Source of the DNA: an uncultured bacterium
GTDB lineage: Bacteria; Omnitrophota; Omnitrophia; Omnitrophales; Aquincolibacteriaceae
Direction of reading: 5' to 3'
Length of the DNA stretch: 46,992 nucleotides
Assembly: GCA_964420575.1 (NCBI GenBank)
Contig: CAYQTU010000001.1
Coordinates: forward strand, 44,194-91,185
Positions within the stretch are counted from its first letter, which is position 1. Each line of letters starts with the position of its first letter. The translations under genes and the position numbers were made by a program. Under the pieces are notes generated by a model. The model did no database searches. It was not told where the DNA came from and was given only the letters and a program-made list of their open reading frames with translations. Of the stretch, positions 45,228-46,992 are shown piece by piece.

Positions 45228-46277
45228 GTGCCGAAAAATCTGCGAGTTACAGTGTTAGGAGATGGGGGCTGGGGAACGGCGCTTGCCTTGGTGAATCTCA
45301 GACGGGGCAATGAGGTCATGCTCTGGTCGGCTTTTCCGGATTATGTCAAAGTGCTCCGCAAAGAACGGGAGAATGTCAAATTCCTTCCCGGCGTTCCGCT
45401 TCCCGAAACCCTTAAGATCAGCTCTGACCTTAAAGAAGCTGTGAATTTTGGAGAGATCCTGATCCTTTCGATCCCGGCCCAATATCTCCGGAATATCCTT
45501 TTCAAGCTCCGGGAACTGCCTTTTCAGGATAAGATCCTGGTCAGTACCGCTAAAGGGATCGAGAAAAAGACATGCCTCCGGCCGTCAGAGATCATCCGTT
45601 CTGTGCTCGGAAAAAATCTTCCTATTGTTGTGCTTTCAGGTCCTTCACACGCGGAAGAAGTGGCCCGGAAGATCCCGACTTTGACGGTGGCCGCCTCCGA
45701 TAGCCGGAAGAACGCCGAATATGTCCAAGAACACCTGCGGGATCCCCATTTTCGCGTCTACGTCCAGCAAGATATCACCGGAGTGGAATTAGGCGGGGCC
45801 TTGAAAAATGTGATCGCGATCGCTGCCGGCGTCTGTGACGGTTTGAAATTCGGAGATAATACTAAATCCGGACTTATTACGCGGGGAATCTATGAAATGG
45901 TGCGCATTGGCGTTAAACTCGGGGCCAATCCCAATACTTTTTTCGGGCTTTCGGGGATCGGCGATCTTGTGACCACCTGTTTTTCCAAACACGGAAGGAA
46001 TTTGTTTGTCGGCCGGGAACTGGGAAAAGGCAAAAAGATCAAAGAGATCCTGGCGGGGATGAATATGGTTGCCGAAGGCGTGGACACTTCACTGAGCGTT
46101 CATGAACTTTGTAAAAAGTTGGATGTGCAGGTCCCGATCATGGACCAGGTCTATCAAGTCCTTTTTGAAGATAAAGACCCCGCGGAAGCCGTTTCGCATT
46201 TATTGGCCCGGACGCCTTATGAAGAATGGAAGTATTTCGATCTCGATACTTATAAGGCGAGCAAAACGAAGAAATAA
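45228..46277 (+). CDS. gpsA: NAD(P)H-dependent glycerol-3-phosphate dehydrogenase
   Basis: 349 aa with a GTG start. VLGDGGWGTALA dinucleotide fold, GPSHAEEV, and GALKNVIAIAAG. Confidence 0.9.
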   Translation: MPKNLRVTVLGDGGWGTALALVNLRRGNEVMLWSAFPDYVKVLRKERENVKFLPGVPLPETLKISSDLKEAVNFGEILILSIPAQYLRNILFKLRELPFQDKILVSTAKGIEKKTCLRPSEIIRSVLGKNLPIVVLSGPSHAEEVARKIPTLTVAASDSRKNAEYVQEHLRDPHFRVYVQQDITGVELGGALKNVIAIAAGVCDGLKFGDNTKSGLITRGIYEMVRIGVKLGANPNTFFGLSGIGDLVTTCFSKHGRNLFVGRELGKGKKIKEILAGMNMVAEGVDTSLSVHELCKKLDVQVPIMDQVYQVLFEDKDPAEAVSHLLARTPYEEWKYFDLDTYKASKTKK

Positions 46278-46327
46278 TCCTCTCAGAACTTTCCTCAAAA
46301 GATCTCTCCCGAGAAAACCTCAGGATT

Positions 46328-46992
46328 TTATTCCGCAGGCGTTGTTGTGACCGCTTCTACAGCGGCCATCGGAGATTCCGGTTCTTTTGAGGTTGAGGCA
46401 ACGTCAGGTTCTTTCCCGCCTCCGAATAGATTGTCCCATTTTAAGGTCAAGCTGACGGTAAAGGCCTGGAGAAAAGTGAAGTATTTTCCGTCCACATCAC
46501 TGGCCATCAGCATGGAAGGGTTTTGGCCGACTTCATTGCTGATGCGCCGTGTCAGGAAAAATTGCTGCCAATAGGCAAGGCCGAAGATCAGATTCTTGGT
46601 GATCTCATAATCCGCACCCAGCGAAAAACACAAACGGTTGCTGTCCGGAAGCGCGGGAGACCAGTGAGCGGTCGGGACAGGGGTCCAATAAAAATAGCTC
46701 CCGCCGTGGAGCGTAAGCTTCTTGGTCAATTTGTAATCTCCGCCCAACTGCAATCCGTATCCATTCTTGTAATCTTTATCCGTGTTGCCGATCCCTTGAA
46801 GTAAAAGATCATCGACGGGATTGACCGGATCACTATTGATATAAAGGCGTTTATGAACGCTCCAGTGCGTATAAGTAAAATCCGCTTCCACATGGGCACG
46901 GTCGTTGATCTGATAAGCGTAGCCGACCGTGAAATTCAGGGGCAGCATAAGTTTAGTGTGGGCTCCCGTTTCGAAACGGTGAATTCCGTTTC
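46328..46992 (-). CDS. FadL/OmpP1/TodX-like outer-membrane transport protein, 5'-truncated by window edge
   Basis: The frame stays open past the listed Met (46948) to the window end. It shows a beta-barrel strand pattern (GADYEITKNLIFGLAYWQQ, FTVSLTLKWDNLF), followed by a 31-aa non-barrel tail. Confidence 0.6.
   Translation of the reverse strand, partial: NGIHRFETGAHTKLMLPLNFTVGYAYQINDRAHVEADFTYTHWSVHKRLYINSDPVNPVDDLLLQGIGNTDKDYKNGYGLQLGGDYKLTKKLTLHGGSYFYWTPVPTAHWSPALPDSNRLCFSLGADYEITKNLIFGLAYWQQFFLTRRISNEVGQNPSMLMASDVDGKYFTFLQAFTVSLTLKWDNLFGGGKEPDVASTSKEPESPMAAVEAVTTTPAE

Overview
This window is mostly core genome from a diderm (Gram-negative-type) bacterium, and nearly all genes are on the + strand. 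Lineage cannot be determined from the sequence alone. Gene content, left to right: asd (5' cut by the window edge); truA; rplM-rpsI; an unlisted 44-aa lipoprotein ORF; an AsmA-family protein; rnc (-). Next is a complete, pathway-ordered arginine operon argC-J-B-D-F-G-H, coupled to lysA. A roughly 4.5 kb accessory islet follows, holding a zinc-ribbon/DUF2007 protein, an ORF6N DNA-binding protein (-), a CxxC-x17-CxxC protein, a membrane protein, a flavin reductase, a small ORF and a secreted YD-repeat-like protein (-). After it come two aldolases, an ICMT-family methyltransferase and a secreted protein; homospermidine synthase plus ornithine decarboxylase; and dapF-dapA-dapB. A three-gene envelope module comes next: a beta-barrel protein, a 1549-aa multidomain outer-membrane protein and a small lipoprotein. 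The window ends with uvrA; a short-loop FtsH paralogue flanked by envelope proteins; hrcA-grpE-dnaJ without dnaK; a YbgC-type thioesterase; gpsA; and a FadL-like porin (-, cut by the right edge). I recognised no rRNA, tRNA, CRISPR array, transposase or integrase. The observations most worth follow-up are these: (1) the uncharacterised outer-membrane module at 28803-35466; (2) the accessory islet at 15605-20418, including the YD-repeat protein; (3) a several-fold excess of GATC in both coding and non-coding DNA; (4) a compact HrcA with no CIRCE operator, a near-leaderless promoter and no dnaK; (5) a small lipoprotein ORF translationally coupled to rpsI. All functional calls rest on motif recognition by eye. 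No database search was run.
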